Below are positions 47,001-56,119 of a stretch of 64,000 nucleotides of DNA, one piece after another (position 1 is the stretch's first letter; each line of letters opens with the position of its first letter). The stretch spans positions 1-64,000 of the forward strand of contig CAZSYN010000013.1 in assembly GCA_964610975.1 (NCBI GenBank), written 5' to 3'. Source of the stretch: an uncultured Phycisphaeraceae bacterium. Its GTDB lineage: Bacteria; Planctomycetota; Phycisphaerae; WQYP01. Made by a program: the position numbers and the translations under genes. Below the pieces are notes generated by a model. The model saw nothing but the letters and a program-made list of their open reading frames with translations. It was not told where the DNA came from and searched no databases.

Positions 47001-47403
47001 GCCGCTTGAAATGCAGGACCCGATGCAGCGCCTTGCGGGCAAACAGGCGGAACTGCGCAACCAGGCGGAGCGCCTGCAATTGCAGATGCGCCAGGCGGGA
47101 TACCAGAATTTTAAATTGCTTGAATCGGCTGTGCTGATGCAAAAAGCCGAAAAATCCATGAAAGAATTTCATTATCAAAACGCGCTTTATTATCAGCGCC
47201 AGGCCGTACAGAGCCTCAACTCCGCCAAAGTGCTTGCGGAAGGCCAGGTGCATGTGACAATGGACACCACGCCGACGGCCAGCGAAAAAACGCAGAAGGA
47301 TATTGATAACGCCATGCAGGGCGCAATGCCCAAAGGATACAGTGATCCGGTCAAGGCGTATTTTGAGAAACTTTCGCAGCAGGGAAATGCGGACGGCCAG
47401 TGA
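44044..47403 (+). CDS. Large membrane-anchored protein (1119 aa) with N-terminal TM helices, Ig-like/beta-rich middle and E/K/Q-rich coiled-coil plus Gly-rich C-terminal region
   Basis: Hydrophobic segments WLAAAITTFVAAFFLAGYF and VNVAILVAVAASLIWAYLAYL. C-terminal half is compositionally biased (EEKLKNLIATEDKWEKF, GGATGGGKKAGFGGEGLEG). No catalytic motif recognised. Confidence 0.55.
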   Translation: MTTETELAPEFRPIAVRLEGAGSQFRLGRLLAGMGQWLAAAITTFVAAFFLAGYFQLPGWVNVAILVAVAASLIWAYLAYLHAPLWQRPTYGQIARWVEENGAAQGVELHNEFINAVLLAQQTGNHNRPLSDALLSELDDATAHVELGATVPWKTYRKAIYRSLLLVAICLVPVFAKTSVFVHGARVLAHPMHFVPVTGSVRIISVEPGNDVVLAGQAVNFSVKVEAPNQNVVDAQITLKFAGGKVATYPMNVFGSDNTQYRYTLTTAAEDAEYVITAGDSQSERYRLQVMPQIHMMSYQLSITPPAYTGKEASKVTLSGKDMSAARASCEVPIGSRLEITAAVDIPMKEAITEIQGVQPAGMIPSADAKNFSTSFTIRKDIKYAVRFNDGNGRTLLRFPEESSGQAGDFISVRAVADEAPTVVVSEPGRDVDAKPGQSVALGVQANDDYGLTELRLELARGKDGEFAIAKSWPIKAGADGKPAKAATMRYLLELPADQYKFGDIVRYRFVAVDNRVITDATPAMGPQVTQGQVFSITLNDAAAAAARSGKLWEELHKKINELRDQQIALRTQTDGVAAAKGMPVIKDIAVNVAKGQQSLQKKIKDLAANFPFESGMKMIQKALQVLSVEDAATAIDRANDLSALSDLKTVPPMAMKLRTTQSRIIDVLDSLLAIAAAQEEKAKSAADKDGGDLPMTPAEAWKKLADDLKDFAKQQQKVIDTSAELAKKPKDDFTKEDEEKLKNLIATEDKWEKFLSQRIADMSKIAEQDQANVSLMEELVQMKVELAMAKDALQNKQMEIATSLEDNGLESAKELTTHLERWLQQEPDRKQWQMEEPLTQNDQNMAELPKQLQDMVSDLMDSEEDVTEEMEDLGSKWADSLDKGAGWDAMDGPISNMSAQGVTGNQLPNNNEIQGRSGEGREGRASGEMVGAEAEGKGGRRTPTRMTPEPFSNGKVDDKSKEPAGGATGGGKKAGFGGEGLEGPAPLEMQDPMQRLAGKQAELRNQAERLQLQMRQAGYQNFKLLESAVLMQKAEKSMKEFHYQNALYYQRQAVQSLNSAKVLAEGQVHVTMDTTPTASEKTQKDIDNAMQGAMPKGYSDPVKAYFEKLSQQGNADGQ

Positions 47404-47448
47404 TTGCCGGCCGCGATATTTCGTGGGCGACAAAAAGGGAGAAGCCTC

Positions 47449-47763
47449 ATGAGAAAAATTGTTTTGCCTCTGCTGATTGCGGCGGCGCTGATGATGACAT
47501 CATTTGCCGGCGCGCAGGAACAGTCCGTTTCGGTGCAGTCGTCAGCGACAGTTCGTCCGGCAAAATTCATTAAGATTGATACGCTGCTGGTTAATATTGA
47601 ATCTGTCGCGCTGATGAATTTCAGCCGGGACCAGAATGAAAAAACCATGGTGTACATCCGCTATCTTGATGGCGACGCGCGAACCTTTAACGTCAACCTC
47701 ACGGATGTTCAGTGGCGGGAAATTCAGCGTACTCTTGAAGAATCAACCCGGCCAACACGCTGA
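47449..47763 (+). CDS. Small secreted protein (104 aa)
   Basis: GGGAGAAG Shine-Dalgarno; signal peptide MRKIVLPLLIAAALMMTSFAGAQ; immediately downstream of the 1119-aa gene. Confidence 0.5.
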   Translation: MRKIVLPLLIAAALMMTSFAGAQEQSVSVQSSATVRPAKFIKIDTLLVNIESVALMNFSRDQNEKTMVYIRYLDGDARTFNVNLTDVQWREIQRTLEESTRPTR

Positions 47764-47789
47764 AGTATGATCATCATGCGGCGCGCATC

Positions 47790-48269
47790 ATGCATGTGTG
47801 TTATGATACGCATGATCAATTTACTGAATTGACAGGATTGTTCATGGCTGAAGAAGTCACAAAAGAGTCTCTGATATTCATGCTGCGTATGAAGCATGCG
47901 GAAGTATTGCGGCGCGGCAAACCAAGATTGGGGCAGGTTTATCCCACGGGCGAAGTGGACCTGATGATTGACGTCACGCCGGCGCCGAGCAAAGAATGGC
48001 GCCAATGCATGCAGAAAGCGGCCGAAGGAACCGTGATGGAGGGCCGCGTCACAACCGAAGGCATCGCGTCACTGAGCATACAATCCGCGGAAGACGAACT
48101 TGAGGCCGACGTGCGGCGCGTGGATGAACTGATTGCCGCCACAAATCAGAATTACGACCGGATGTTCAAAGACGCCAAAAATCAACTGGACGAAATGAAT
48201 CAGCAGCCGATTGAAGAAGATCCGGCGGAGCGTAAACGCCGGCTTGAGGAACGACTGAATAAATTTTAG
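47790..48269 (+). CDS. Hypothetical acidic coiled-coil protein (start may be ATG at 47844)
   Basis: ORF with two candidate ATGs; C-terminal region EEDPAERKRRLEERLNKF. Confidence 0.4.
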   Translation: MHVCYDTHDQFTELTGLFMAEEVTKESLIFMLRMKHAEVLRRGKPRLGQVYPTGEVDLMIDVTPAPSKEWRQCMQKAAEGTVMEGRVTTEGIASLSIQSAEDELEADVRRVDELIAATNQNYDRMFKDAKNQLDEMNQQPIEEDPAERKRRLEERLNKF

Positions 48270-48353
48270 CACATACACGCACATCACAAGGATTACCCGG
48301 CCGAAAGATCGCGGTATAATGGCGATCATCGGCTTTTTTTATGGAGTTTATTC

Positions 48354-48749
48354 ATGCAGATTGCAAATCGTCTTGATCACGCGGCCATTGCGGTAACAGA
48401 TATTGATGCCACGCTGGCATGGTATGACAAAGTGCTTGGTCTGGTGCTGGTGGCCAAAGGCGCGCCGGGGCAGAAAGCCTGCCTCATCGGGCCAAAAAAC
48501 GACCTCAAGGCCGGCATGATGCTTGAAGTGATGCAGAAAAATGATACGCCGGCGGTTAAACGTGCGGTGGTTGATCCGGGACTTTCGCACCTGGCATTCA
48601 GCGTTGCGGATTTTGATGCAGCACTGGCGCACCTGAAGTCCTGCAACGTGCAGTTCCTGGGCGAAATCGTCACGGCCGTCGGCGGCGGCCGGTTGATCAG
48701 CTTTGCCGATCCCGACGGAATCATGCTGCAAATTGTGGAAAGAAAATAA
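48354..48749 (+). CDS. VOC family protein (glyoxalase/bleomycin resistance/dioxygenase fold)
   Basis: MQIANRLDHAAIAVTDIDATLAWYDKVLGL N-terminal VOC signature; 131 aa; GGAG Shine-Dalgarno. Confidence 0.8.
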   Translation: MQIANRLDHAAIAVTDIDATLAWYDKVLGLVLVAKGAPGQKACLIGPKNDLKAGMMLEVMQKNDTPAVKRAVVDPGLSHLAFSVADFDAALAHLKSCNVQFLGEIVTAVGGGRLISFADPDGIMLQIVERK

Positions 48750-48808
48750 AATTTCAGCCGCAGATTGACGCAGATGAACGCAGATAACAATTAAATGAGG
48801 GCTCGCAG

Positions 48809-49780
48809 ATGAAGTCGCTCTTCGTCATTGTGTTAACGTCCGTTTTTTTGATTGCCGGTTGCGGCCGGCGGACCATGCGCGTTGAGTTTGTGCCGGTTGA
48901 AGATCGCATGCAGGCGCAGGAAATTGATCGCGATCCGGGAATGTTTATTTCAGACCAGATTGTGATTGTTGACGTTTCCGGCATGATCGCCAACTTCAAA
49001 AAAGGCGGCCTGCTGGGCGACGGAACAAATCCCGTTTCGGATTTCCGCGAAACACTCGGCGCTATTGAACGCAACCAGAATGCCAAAGCTGTTGTGCTGA
49101 GAATCAACTCGCCCGGCGGCACGGTAACGGCCAGTGATATCATGTATCGCGACCTGCTGGCGTTTAAGCAGCGCACGGGAATACCGGTCATTGTGTGCAT
49201 GATGGACGTCTGCGCATCGGGCGGATATTACCTGAGCTGCGCGGGCGATTATCGCATTGCGCATCCGTCAACGATTACCGGATCAATCGGCGTGATTGTT
49301 CAGCATTTTTCGATTGCCGGAACACTTGGCAAAATTGGCGTGACGGCCACGGCCGTCACCAGCGGCCCGCATAAGGATATGCTCTCGCCATTTAAGCCGA
49401 CGGATAAGGGCGATATGGCGCTGACGCAAAATCTGGTCAATGAATTTTATGGCCAGTTTAAGGATGTCGTAAAAAAGAGCCGCCAGCATGTGAAGGACGA
49501 AGACTGGGCAACCGCAACGGATGGCCGAATTTTAACAGGCAAACAGGCGGCCGAGATCGGCCTTGTCGATCAGGTGGGCGATCTGAATGATGCGCTGGCC
49601 AAAGCGCGGCAGATGGGCAAAATTCAAAAAGCGCGCATCATGATGTATTCGCGCACAGGCGAAGTTAAGGGCAGCATTTATGCGGCCGGCAACGCGCCGC
49701 AGCCGATGCTACAGCTTGATCCGAATTTCCTGGCTGATGCGGCGCATCCGCAGTTTTTGTATTTGTGGATGGGACAGTAA
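48809..49780 (+). CDS. sppA: Signal peptide peptidase SppA (peptidase S49), lipoprotein
   Basis: Lipobox LIAGCG; S49 motifs VIVDVSGMI and CASGGYYLSCAGD; 323 aa. Confidence 0.85.
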   Translation: MKSLFVIVLTSVFLIAGCGRRTMRVEFVPVEDRMQAQEIDRDPGMFISDQIVIVDVSGMIANFKKGGLLGDGTNPVSDFRETLGAIERNQNAKAVVLRINSPGGTVTASDIMYRDLLAFKQRTGIPVIVCMMDVCASGGYYLSCAGDYRIAHPSTITGSIGVIVQHFSIAGTLGKIGVTATAVTSGPHKDMLSPFKPTDKGDMALTQNLVNEFYGQFKDVVKKSRQHVKDEDWATATDGRILTGKQAAEIGLVDQVGDLNDALAKARQMGKIQKARIMMYSRTGEVKGSIYAAGNAPQPMLQLDPNFLADAAHPQFLYLWMGQ

Positions 49781-49792
49781 AAAAGTAAAAGT

Positions 49793-49840
49793 CAGCAAGT
49801 TAAGCAAGAACAAAAGACCTATTCTTGCTTAACTTGCTGA
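49793..49840. terminator. Bidirectional terminator hairpin CAGCAAGTTAAGCAAGAA-N12-TTCTTGCTTAACTTGCTG
   Basis: Perfect 18-bp inverted repeat between convergent sppA and mazG-like genes. Confidence 0.65.
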
Positions 49841-49857
49841 GTGTCATGCATGTTTAA

Positions 49858-50226
49858 CTATTTTCTCGCCGGCCGCTGGTAATGCCCCAGAAATTTTTCC
49901 GGAGGATATTTGGCACGATTGCGAGCCATTTTGGCGCTCACTGTCGCGGCAACATCAATCTGCATCGCATTGGCCATTGACATGCAATACATGATCACAT
50001 CGGCAAGTTCCTCCCCCACCGCGTGGCGAAATTCAGAATCGCCGGCGGATTTCTCGGCCGCTTCCTGCTCGGTCAGCCACTGATAATGCTCAAGAAGTTC
50101 GGCCGCCTCAATGCTGATGCTGGCGGCAAGGTTGCGCGGCGTATGATATTTCTGCCATTGACGCTCAGCCACAAAATCCCGCATCATCTGGCGCAGCGAC
50201 TCAATAGTGGCCGTCGTATCATTCAT
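49858..50226 (-). CDS. MazG-like nucleotide pyrophosphohydrolase domain protein
   Basis: 122 aa from ATG MNDTTATIESLRQ; EAAELLE and EELADVIMY metal-binding glutamate blocks typical of MazG/dCTPase family. Confidence 0.7.
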   Translation of the reverse strand: MNDTTATIESLRQMMRDFVAERQWQKYHTPRNLAASISIEAAELLEHYQWLTEQEAAEKSAGDSEFRHAVGEELADVIMYCMSMANAMQIDVAATVSAKMARNRAKYPPEKFLGHYQRPARK

Positions 50227-50379
50227 AGGGTTCTGACTCACACTGTTTCTCCTGCATAAACCAATACTATCATACACGTTTACCGGGAAATGTTGACTTA
50301 ACCCGAAAAGCGCCCGCAATCATATGATGCAAATAAAAATCATACCGGCGCGGAGATCTCAAAGTACATTGCGACTTAA

Positions 50380-50480
50380 GGTATGCACCCGACATAAATC
50401 ACACATGACATGCCGCCACGCTTCGCAAGGCGGCCCCGATAAACTTATGACGCGTGATTTGTTTTTGGCAATCTCTATAA
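50380..50480. repeat. Left copy of ~90-bp inverted repeat pair flanking hrpA
   Basis: ATAAATCACACATGACATGCCGCCACGCTTCGCAAGGCGGCCCCGATAAACTTATGACGCGTGATTTGTTTTTGGCAATC is ~90% identical to the reverse complement of 54403-54487. Confidence 0.8.
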
Positions 50481-50509
50481 TGTTTTTCTCTTTATGATAA
50501 GGACCGCCA

Positions 50510-53500
50510 TTGCCGCCGCAGGATGACATTTTCAGGCAGATTGAGAACTGCATGCTCGCAGACCGGGGCGCATTGCGCTCGCTGGCCGGGCGCGTGATGC
50601 GCGGCGCTCATGGCCGCGATGATCTGCTCAGGCGCATTGCCAAATCTCAGGGAATTTATGCGCAGCGCGAACAATCCCGGCCGACTGTGACATATCCCGA
50701 AGAATTGCCCGTGGCCGCGCGGCGCGAGGATATTCTTAAGGCCATTCGCGAAAACCAGGTCGTCATCATCGCCGGCGAAACAGGCTCCGGCAAAACAACG
50801 CAGATTCCTAAAATGTGTCTTGAGCTGGGCCGAGGAATCATCGGAGCTATCGGCCATACGCAACCGCGGCGCATCGCCGCGCGCAGCGTGGCCGCGCGCA
50901 TTGCGGATGAACTGGGCGTCAATCTTGGCGGCGCGGTCGGATTTAAGGTCCGTTTTACGGAAGAAGCTTCGCCGCGCACGCTGATCAAACTTGTGACCGA
51001 TGGCATTCTGCTGGCCGAAACACAGAACGATCCCCTGCTGCTGCGCTATGACACGCTGATTATCGATGAGGCGCACGAACGCAGCCTGAATATTGATTTT
51101 CTTCTGGGATATATCCGCCGGATTCTGCCGCGCAGACCGGATCTGAAAGTGATAATCACTTCAGCCACTATTGATCCGCAGAGATTCAGCCGGCATTTTA
51201 ACAATGCGCCAATGATTGAAGTCAGCGGCCGCACGTATCCGGTTGAGGTGCGCTACCGCCCGCTTATCAGCGAGGATGAAGATGAGGCCGATACGGATGT
51301 GGTTCAGGGCGTGGTCAACGCGATACAGGAACTTGAGATTGCCGGCCGCGGCGATGTGCTGATCTTTTTGCCAGGCGAACGCGACATCCGCGACATGGCC
51401 GACGGCCTTAAGCGCGATGTGCACATCGGCCAGCGCTATGAGATCATTCCGCTTTACGCAAGATTAAGTCATGAAGAACAGGCGCGGATTTTTGCGCCGC
51501 ATGATCGGCCGCGCATTGTGCTCTCAACAAATGTTGCCGAAACATCACTGACCGTACCGGGCATTCGTTATGTGATTGATTCAGGCCTTGCGCGCATCAG
51601 CCGCTATAATCCGCGCAGCCGCGTTCAGCGATTGCCAATTGAAAAAATTTCGCAGGCATCCGCCAATCAGCGCAAAGGCCGCTGCGGCCGGGTGAGCGCA
51701 GGCATCTGCGTGCGACTTTATGCCGAAGACGATTTCCGTGATCGCCCTGAATTTACGGAACCGGAAATTCAGCGGACCAATCTGGCAAGCGTGATTCTTC
51801 AGATGACCGCATATCGCCTGGGTGATATTGCGGAATTTCCGTTTATTGATCCGCCGGATGCGCGGCAAATCCGCGAAGGCTATGTTACTCTGCATGAACT
51901 AGGCGCGGTCACAAAGGAGAATGCGCTCACATCACTGGGGCGACGGCTTGCGCGATTGACGGTTGATCCGCGCATCGGCCGCATGATTCTGGCGGCGCAC
52001 GAAGAAAACTGCGTGACCGATGTGCTGGCGATTGCCGCGGGCCTGTCAATTCAGGACCCGCGCCTGCGTCCGGCCGATCAGCAGGAGGCGGCCGACACTG
52101 CGCACTTGCCATTCCGCGATACGTCGTCTGATTTTCTCTCGTTACTGCGGCTTTGGCGCTGGTGGGAACAAGCCGTTAAGGATTATCCGCAACGTCAATT
52201 ACGCAAAGTTTGCCGCGAACATTTTCTCTCATTCATCCGCATGCGCGAATGGGAAGATGTTCGCGAACAGCTTGAGCAGCAGGCTGTTGAATTGCAATTG
52301 CGATTTAATCGGTTGCCGGCCCAAAGCGGCGCCATACATCGCGCACTGCTGACCGGCTTACTTTCGCACATTGGCCTGCGTGTTGATGCGCACGAATATC
52401 AGGGGCCGCAGGGCCGGCGTTTTGGGATATTTCCGGGTTCCGCGCTCTTTAAGAACGGTCCGCAATGGCTGATGGCCGCGGAAATTGTTGAGACAACGCG
52501 CCTTTATGCGCGCACTGTGGCCGGCATTCATCCGTCGTGGATTGAGCGTGAGGCCAAACATCTGCTTGAGAGCGTATATTCCGAGCCGCGCTGGGAGCCG
52601 CAACGCGCGCGCGTAGAGGCCAGCGAAAAACGCGTGATGCAGGGACTCGTGGTTGTGCCTCAGCGCCGTGTACATTACGGCCCCATTGAGCCGCAACACT
52701 CGCATGAACTGTTTATTCAGGCGTTGACGGACGGAAGTTACCGCTCGCGTGCGCCATTTACACATCACAATCAAAAGATGATCGGCCGCGTATTGGCGAT
52801 GGAGGCAAAACTGCGTCGCGGCGATCTGCTGGTTGATCGCCAGGAGCAGGCCCGTTTTTACGCCACGCGCATTCCGCAGAATATCAACAGCGGCCAGCAA
52901 TTTGAAGGTTGGCGCCGCCAGGCGGAACAAAATAATCCGCACATCCTTTTTATGCAGATTGAGGATCTTCTCAAGCCAGGCGCGACGCCGGTACCGGCCG
53001 ATCAATTTCCGGATGAACTGGCGATTGCCGGTATGACGCTGCCGCTGACCTATCGTTTTGCGCCGGGAGAGCCCGATGACGGTATAACACTGAATGTTCC
53101 GGCTGATGTGTTGGGGAGACTTGAGCCAGAGCCGCTGAGCTGGCTTGTGCCAGGCATGCTGGCGGAAAAAATTGCGACATTGATTCGTCTTTTGCCTTCT
53201 GCGTACCGCCGAAGTTTTGTGCCGGTTCCGCAATTTACGCAGGCTCTGCGTGATGCGTTAACACAGGATGATTATCAACGGCATATCACGGCCATGATGA
53301 GCGAAAAGCTCAGCGCAATGGTCGGTATTGAAGTACCGGCTGACGCATGGCGCGAAAACGCGCTTGCGCCCTATCTGCGGATGAATATCCGCGTCACAGA
53401 CGAAAAAAATCACACGCTCGCAGCCGGGAGAGTGCTGACTGAACTTCAGGAAAAACTGATCCGCTCGCGACCCGCAGCACAAACGGGGCTGACATCACCC

Positions 53501-54379
53501 GATTTGCCGCATGAACCGCTTTTTGATTGGCCCACGCATGAATTGCCGGAGCGCGTCACACTGCGACGATTTGGCGTGAGCATTGAGTCTTATCCGGCGC
53601 TGGTTGATCAGGAAACAGGCGTGGCCGCGCGATTACTGGAGAGCAAAACGGCCGCGGAACAAGCCACCGCGCGCGGCATCATACGCCTGTTAATGTTGCG
53701 GCTCGGCCGACCTCTGCGCGATCTGGTTGAGCATCTGCCGTTGATTGATCGCATGAGTCTGCTTTATGCGTTGATTGATCATCCGCAGCAATTGCGCCGG
53801 GATTTATGCTATCGCATTGCCGAGCGCGCGGCCGAAGGGTTTACGAGAGAAGTCAAAAATCGTGGAGATTTTGAGGCGCTGATTGAATTTGCCGTACCGC
53901 GCATCATGCTGATTTCGGCAGATCTTGAGCCCATCATTCATGGCATGCTTGAGGCGCATCAGCGTGTGCGCATTGCGCTTGAGAGTCTCAGCAATCCGCA
54001 ATATACCCCGGCCGCTTACGATATGCGCGAACAGCTTGAACACCTGATATATCGCGGATTTCTGCGGGATATTTCCTGGCCGTGGTTCAAGCAATATCCA
54101 CGTTACCTGCGCGGCATTGAACTGCGGCTGAGCAAACTTCAGCAACTCGGCGGCGCAGAGGCCGATGCCCGTCGCGGCGAACCAGTCGGTAACTATTGGC
54201 GCGAATATCTTGTTCTTAAGGATCGCCACGATGCGATGGGCCGGCATAATCCGGAACTGGCCTATTTCCGGTGGATGCTTGAGGAGTTTCGCCTTTCGCA
54301 ATACACGCAGGAAATTGAGACGATTATTCCCATATCACAACGGCGCTTACACGAGCAGCTTATCAGGCTACGCGCATAA
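50510..54379 (+). CDS. hrpA: ATP-dependent RNA helicase HrpA (DEAH-box)
   Basis: 1289 aa; GETGSGKTTQIP Walker A, DEAH (IIDEAHERS), HA2 and OB-fold regions, long C-terminal extension typical of HrpA. TTG start with AAGGA Shine-Dalgarno; TATAAT-like box at 50476-50481. Confidence 0.9.
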   Translation: MPPQDDIFRQIENCMLADRGALRSLAGRVMRGAHGRDDLLRRIAKSQGIYAQREQSRPTVTYPEELPVAARREDILKAIRENQVVIIAGETGSGKTTQIPKMCLELGRGIIGAIGHTQPRRIAARSVAARIADELGVNLGGAVGFKVRFTEEASPRTLIKLVTDGILLAETQNDPLLLRYDTLIIDEAHERSLNIDFLLGYIRRILPRRPDLKVIITSATIDPQRFSRHFNNAPMIEVSGRTYPVEVRYRPLISEDEDEADTDVVQGVVNAIQELEIAGRGDVLIFLPGERDIRDMADGLKRDVHIGQRYEIIPLYARLSHEEQARIFAPHDRPRIVLSTNVAETSLTVPGIRYVIDSGLARISRYNPRSRVQRLPIEKISQASANQRKGRCGRVSAGICVRLYAEDDFRDRPEFTEPEIQRTNLASVILQMTAYRLGDIAEFPFIDPPDARQIREGYVTLHELGAVTKENALTSLGRRLARLTVDPRIGRMILAAHEENCVTDVLAIAAGLSIQDPRLRPADQQEAADTAHLPFRDTSSDFLSLLRLWRWWEQAVKDYPQRQLRKVCREHFLSFIRMREWEDVREQLEQQAVELQLRFNRLPAQSGAIHRALLTGLLSHIGLRVDAHEYQGPQGRRFGIFPGSALFKNGPQWLMAAEIVETTRLYARTVAGIHPSWIEREAKHLLESVYSEPRWEPQRARVEASEKRVMQGLVVVPQRRVHYGPIEPQHSHELFIQALTDGSYRSRAPFTHHNQKMIGRVLAMEAKLRRGDLLVDRQEQARFYATRIPQNINSGQQFEGWRRQAEQNNPHILFMQIEDLLKPGATPVPADQFPDELAIAGMTLPLTYRFAPGEPDDGITLNVPADVLGRLEPEPLSWLVPGMLAEKIATLIRLLPSAYRRSFVPVPQFTQALRDALTQDDYQRHITAMMSEKLSAMVGIEVPADAWRENALAPYLRMNIRVTDEKNHTLAAGRVLTELQEKLIRSRPAAQTGLTSPDLPHEPLFDWPTHELPERVTLRRFGVSIESYPALVDQETGVAARLLESKTAAEQATARGIIRLLMLRLGRPLRDLVEHLPLIDRMSLLYALIDHPQQLRRDLCYRIAERAAEGFTREVKNRGDFEALIEFAVPRIMLISADLEPIIHGMLEAHQRVRIALESLSNPQYTPAAYDMREQLEHLIYRGFLRDISWPWFKQYPRYLRGIELRLSKLQQLGGAEADARRGEPVGNYWREYLVLKDRHDAMGRHNPELAYFRWMLEEFRLSQYTQEIETIIPISQRRLHEQLIRLRA

Positions 54380-54402
54380 ACGCCGTTGCTTTAGGGTGAT
54401 TG

Positions 54403-54500
54403 CCAGAAACAAATCACGCATCACAAGTTTATCGGAGCCGCCCCGCGAAGCGTGGCGGCATGTCGTGTCTGATTTATTTTTGGCATATGCTATAAATCAA
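54403..54500. repeat. Right copy (inverted) of ~90-bp repeat pair flanking hrpA
   Basis: Reverse complement matches 50394-50478 with ~8 mismatches. The ORF track independently shows mirrored peptides (ISLSGPPCEAWRHV / ITSLSEPPREAWRHV) on opposite strands at the two sites. Confidence 0.8.
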
Positions 54501-54515
54501 AATATCCGCCAGTTT

Positions 54516-54842
54516 TTACTTGGCTGACGCACGATTACAGAGATCAACCAAATCGTTAAGTGCGCCTTTAATCGCATCAATATCCGCCTGAACCTTGATT
54601 GATGTCTCAAGCTTCAGCGCCGCTTCGGTGATCGGCATAAATCCGTAACCGCCGCCGGCGCCTTTTAATTGATGGGCAATGCTGCGAAGTTCATCAAGAT
54701 TGCCGCTGCTGAGCGCAGTCTTCATGCTTGTCACATGCCCGCCAAGTTCCTCCACAAATACGCCGACAAGTTCAGCCATGTCAGGATCTGTTGCAAAAGA
54801 ACTGACAAGGCGGCCATCCGTTGTGAGTGCAGGATTTGTCAT
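54516..54842 (-). CDS. Hpt (histidine phosphotransfer) domain protein, stand-alone
   Basis: 108 aa four-helix-bundle size; phospho-His motif HQLKGAGG. Confidence 0.7.
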   Translation of the reverse strand: MTNPALTTDGRLVSSFATDPDMAELVGVFVEELGGHVTSMKTALSSGNLDELRSIAHQLKGAGGGYGFMPITEAALKLETSIKVQADIDAIKGALNDLVDLCNRASAK

Positions 54843-54976
54843 TGTTTGCTCCCGGGAATCGAAAATGAGTGAGTAACTGACACTCGTATCGTCCTGCGCC
54901 GGGAGGTATTTCAGTCATCCTCGCCAGAATGACCGTCACCTTTTATGGGGAGCGGATCGCTTTACCGCCTATGCGA

Positions 54977-55966
54977 TTATTTCTTCGGCTTTGCGGGCTC
55001 AATCAATTCATCGCGTTCAAAAATTCGCTGAATCGGTTTACCGTCCACACCCGAATCAGGGGTGAGCCCCATGACAAATGCGGCCGTGGCAAAAGTATCT
55101 TCCGTATTAATGATGAGGTTGCGGTCCGTTGTCAGGTCAAGATTTTTACGAATTTTCGGCCCGCTGGCAATCCACGGAATATGACGCGCACGCGGATCAT
55201 CCGCGCCATGCCATTTGCCCGTTCCGCCATGATCTGCGCTGACGATGATCAGCGTTTCTTTGACCAGGCCGGTTTCGTTGAGCACCTTGATCACTTCGCC
55301 GATGGCTTTGTCGGCCGTGGCAAGCACAGCCATTTGCTCAGGTGTGCCCCACCCGATGGCGTGGCCGACTTTGTCATTATCACCCAAATGCACCATCATC
55401 ACTTCAGGCCGATGTTTGCGGATGATGTCGACGGCATTTTCCGCCACAGACATGTCATCCGTGCGCGATCCGGCTTTCGGAATCGCCAGGAAATCAACGC
55501 CGCCGCGATTGGCCATAACCGCAAATTTTGACTTGCCCGTTGCCAGCGCTGTCGTGTATCCGGCCGACTTGGCATAATCAAAAATAGTCCTGAACTTGGG
55601 GCTTGCGTCATTATGCTCATCGCCATTCCAGGTAATGCCATGTTTTACCGGCGGTACGCCGGTGACCATGCTCACGTGCGACGGCAGCGTGATTGAGACT
55701 TCCGTGGTGCGCGCCCAGAAGCTGTATGAGCCGCCCTGAAATAACGCATGCAAATTGGGCGTATCGCCGCGCAACATCAAATCAGGACGCATGCCATCAA
55801 CGGAAATAATGAGAACACGGCGGATTTCGCTAAAAGGACGTACCGGTTTTTCCGCCGCGGCCGATGTTGTTTTTGGTGCCGCAGGCGCCTGTTCCTGAGC
55901 CATGACCGGCGTAATCATCAGAGTGCAGAGTAAACACAAACCCGTCACAATACGAAAGCCGCGCAT
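54977..55966 (-). CDS. Alkaline phosphatase superfamily protein, type I phosphodiesterase / nucleotide pyrophosphatase-like, secreted
   Basis: AGGAGG Shine-Dalgarno; signal peptide; ISVDGMRPD metal-ligand motif; no C/S-x-P-x-R sulfatase motif. Confidence 0.75.
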   Translation of the reverse strand: MRGFRIVTGLCLLCTLMITPVMAQEQAPAAPKTTSAAAEKPVRPFSEIRRVLIISVDGMRPDLMLRGDTPNLHALFQGGSYSFWARTTEVSITLPSHVSMVTGVPPVKHGITWNGDEHNDASPKFRTIFDYAKSAGYTTALATGKSKFAVMANRGGVDFLAIPKAGSRTDDMSVAENAVDIIRKHRPEVMMVHLGDNDKVGHAIGWGTPEQMAVLATADKAIGEVIKVLNETGLVKETLIIVSADHGGTGKWHGADDPRARHIPWIASGPKIRKNLDLTTDRNLIINTEDTFATAAFVMGLTPDSGVDGKPIQRIFERDELIEPAKPKK

Positions 55967-56119
55967 AATTCCTCCTCATATGAAATTGACATATGTTAAC
56001 ACAAACACTATTTGTTTTGTTAACAATATCTTAACATAGTATTTCCTGCATCACTACCCGTATCGGGCGTCTTTTTAGAATTATCCTATTTTCTTTTGAC
56101 GAAGAATCTTAGCGCGGCA

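Noticed and set aside
54977-55966. Sulfatase partner for the anSME-like maturase
   Set aside because: The motif is ISVDGMRPD (phosphodiesterase/pyrophosphatase type). No C/S-x-P-x-R formylglycine motif.
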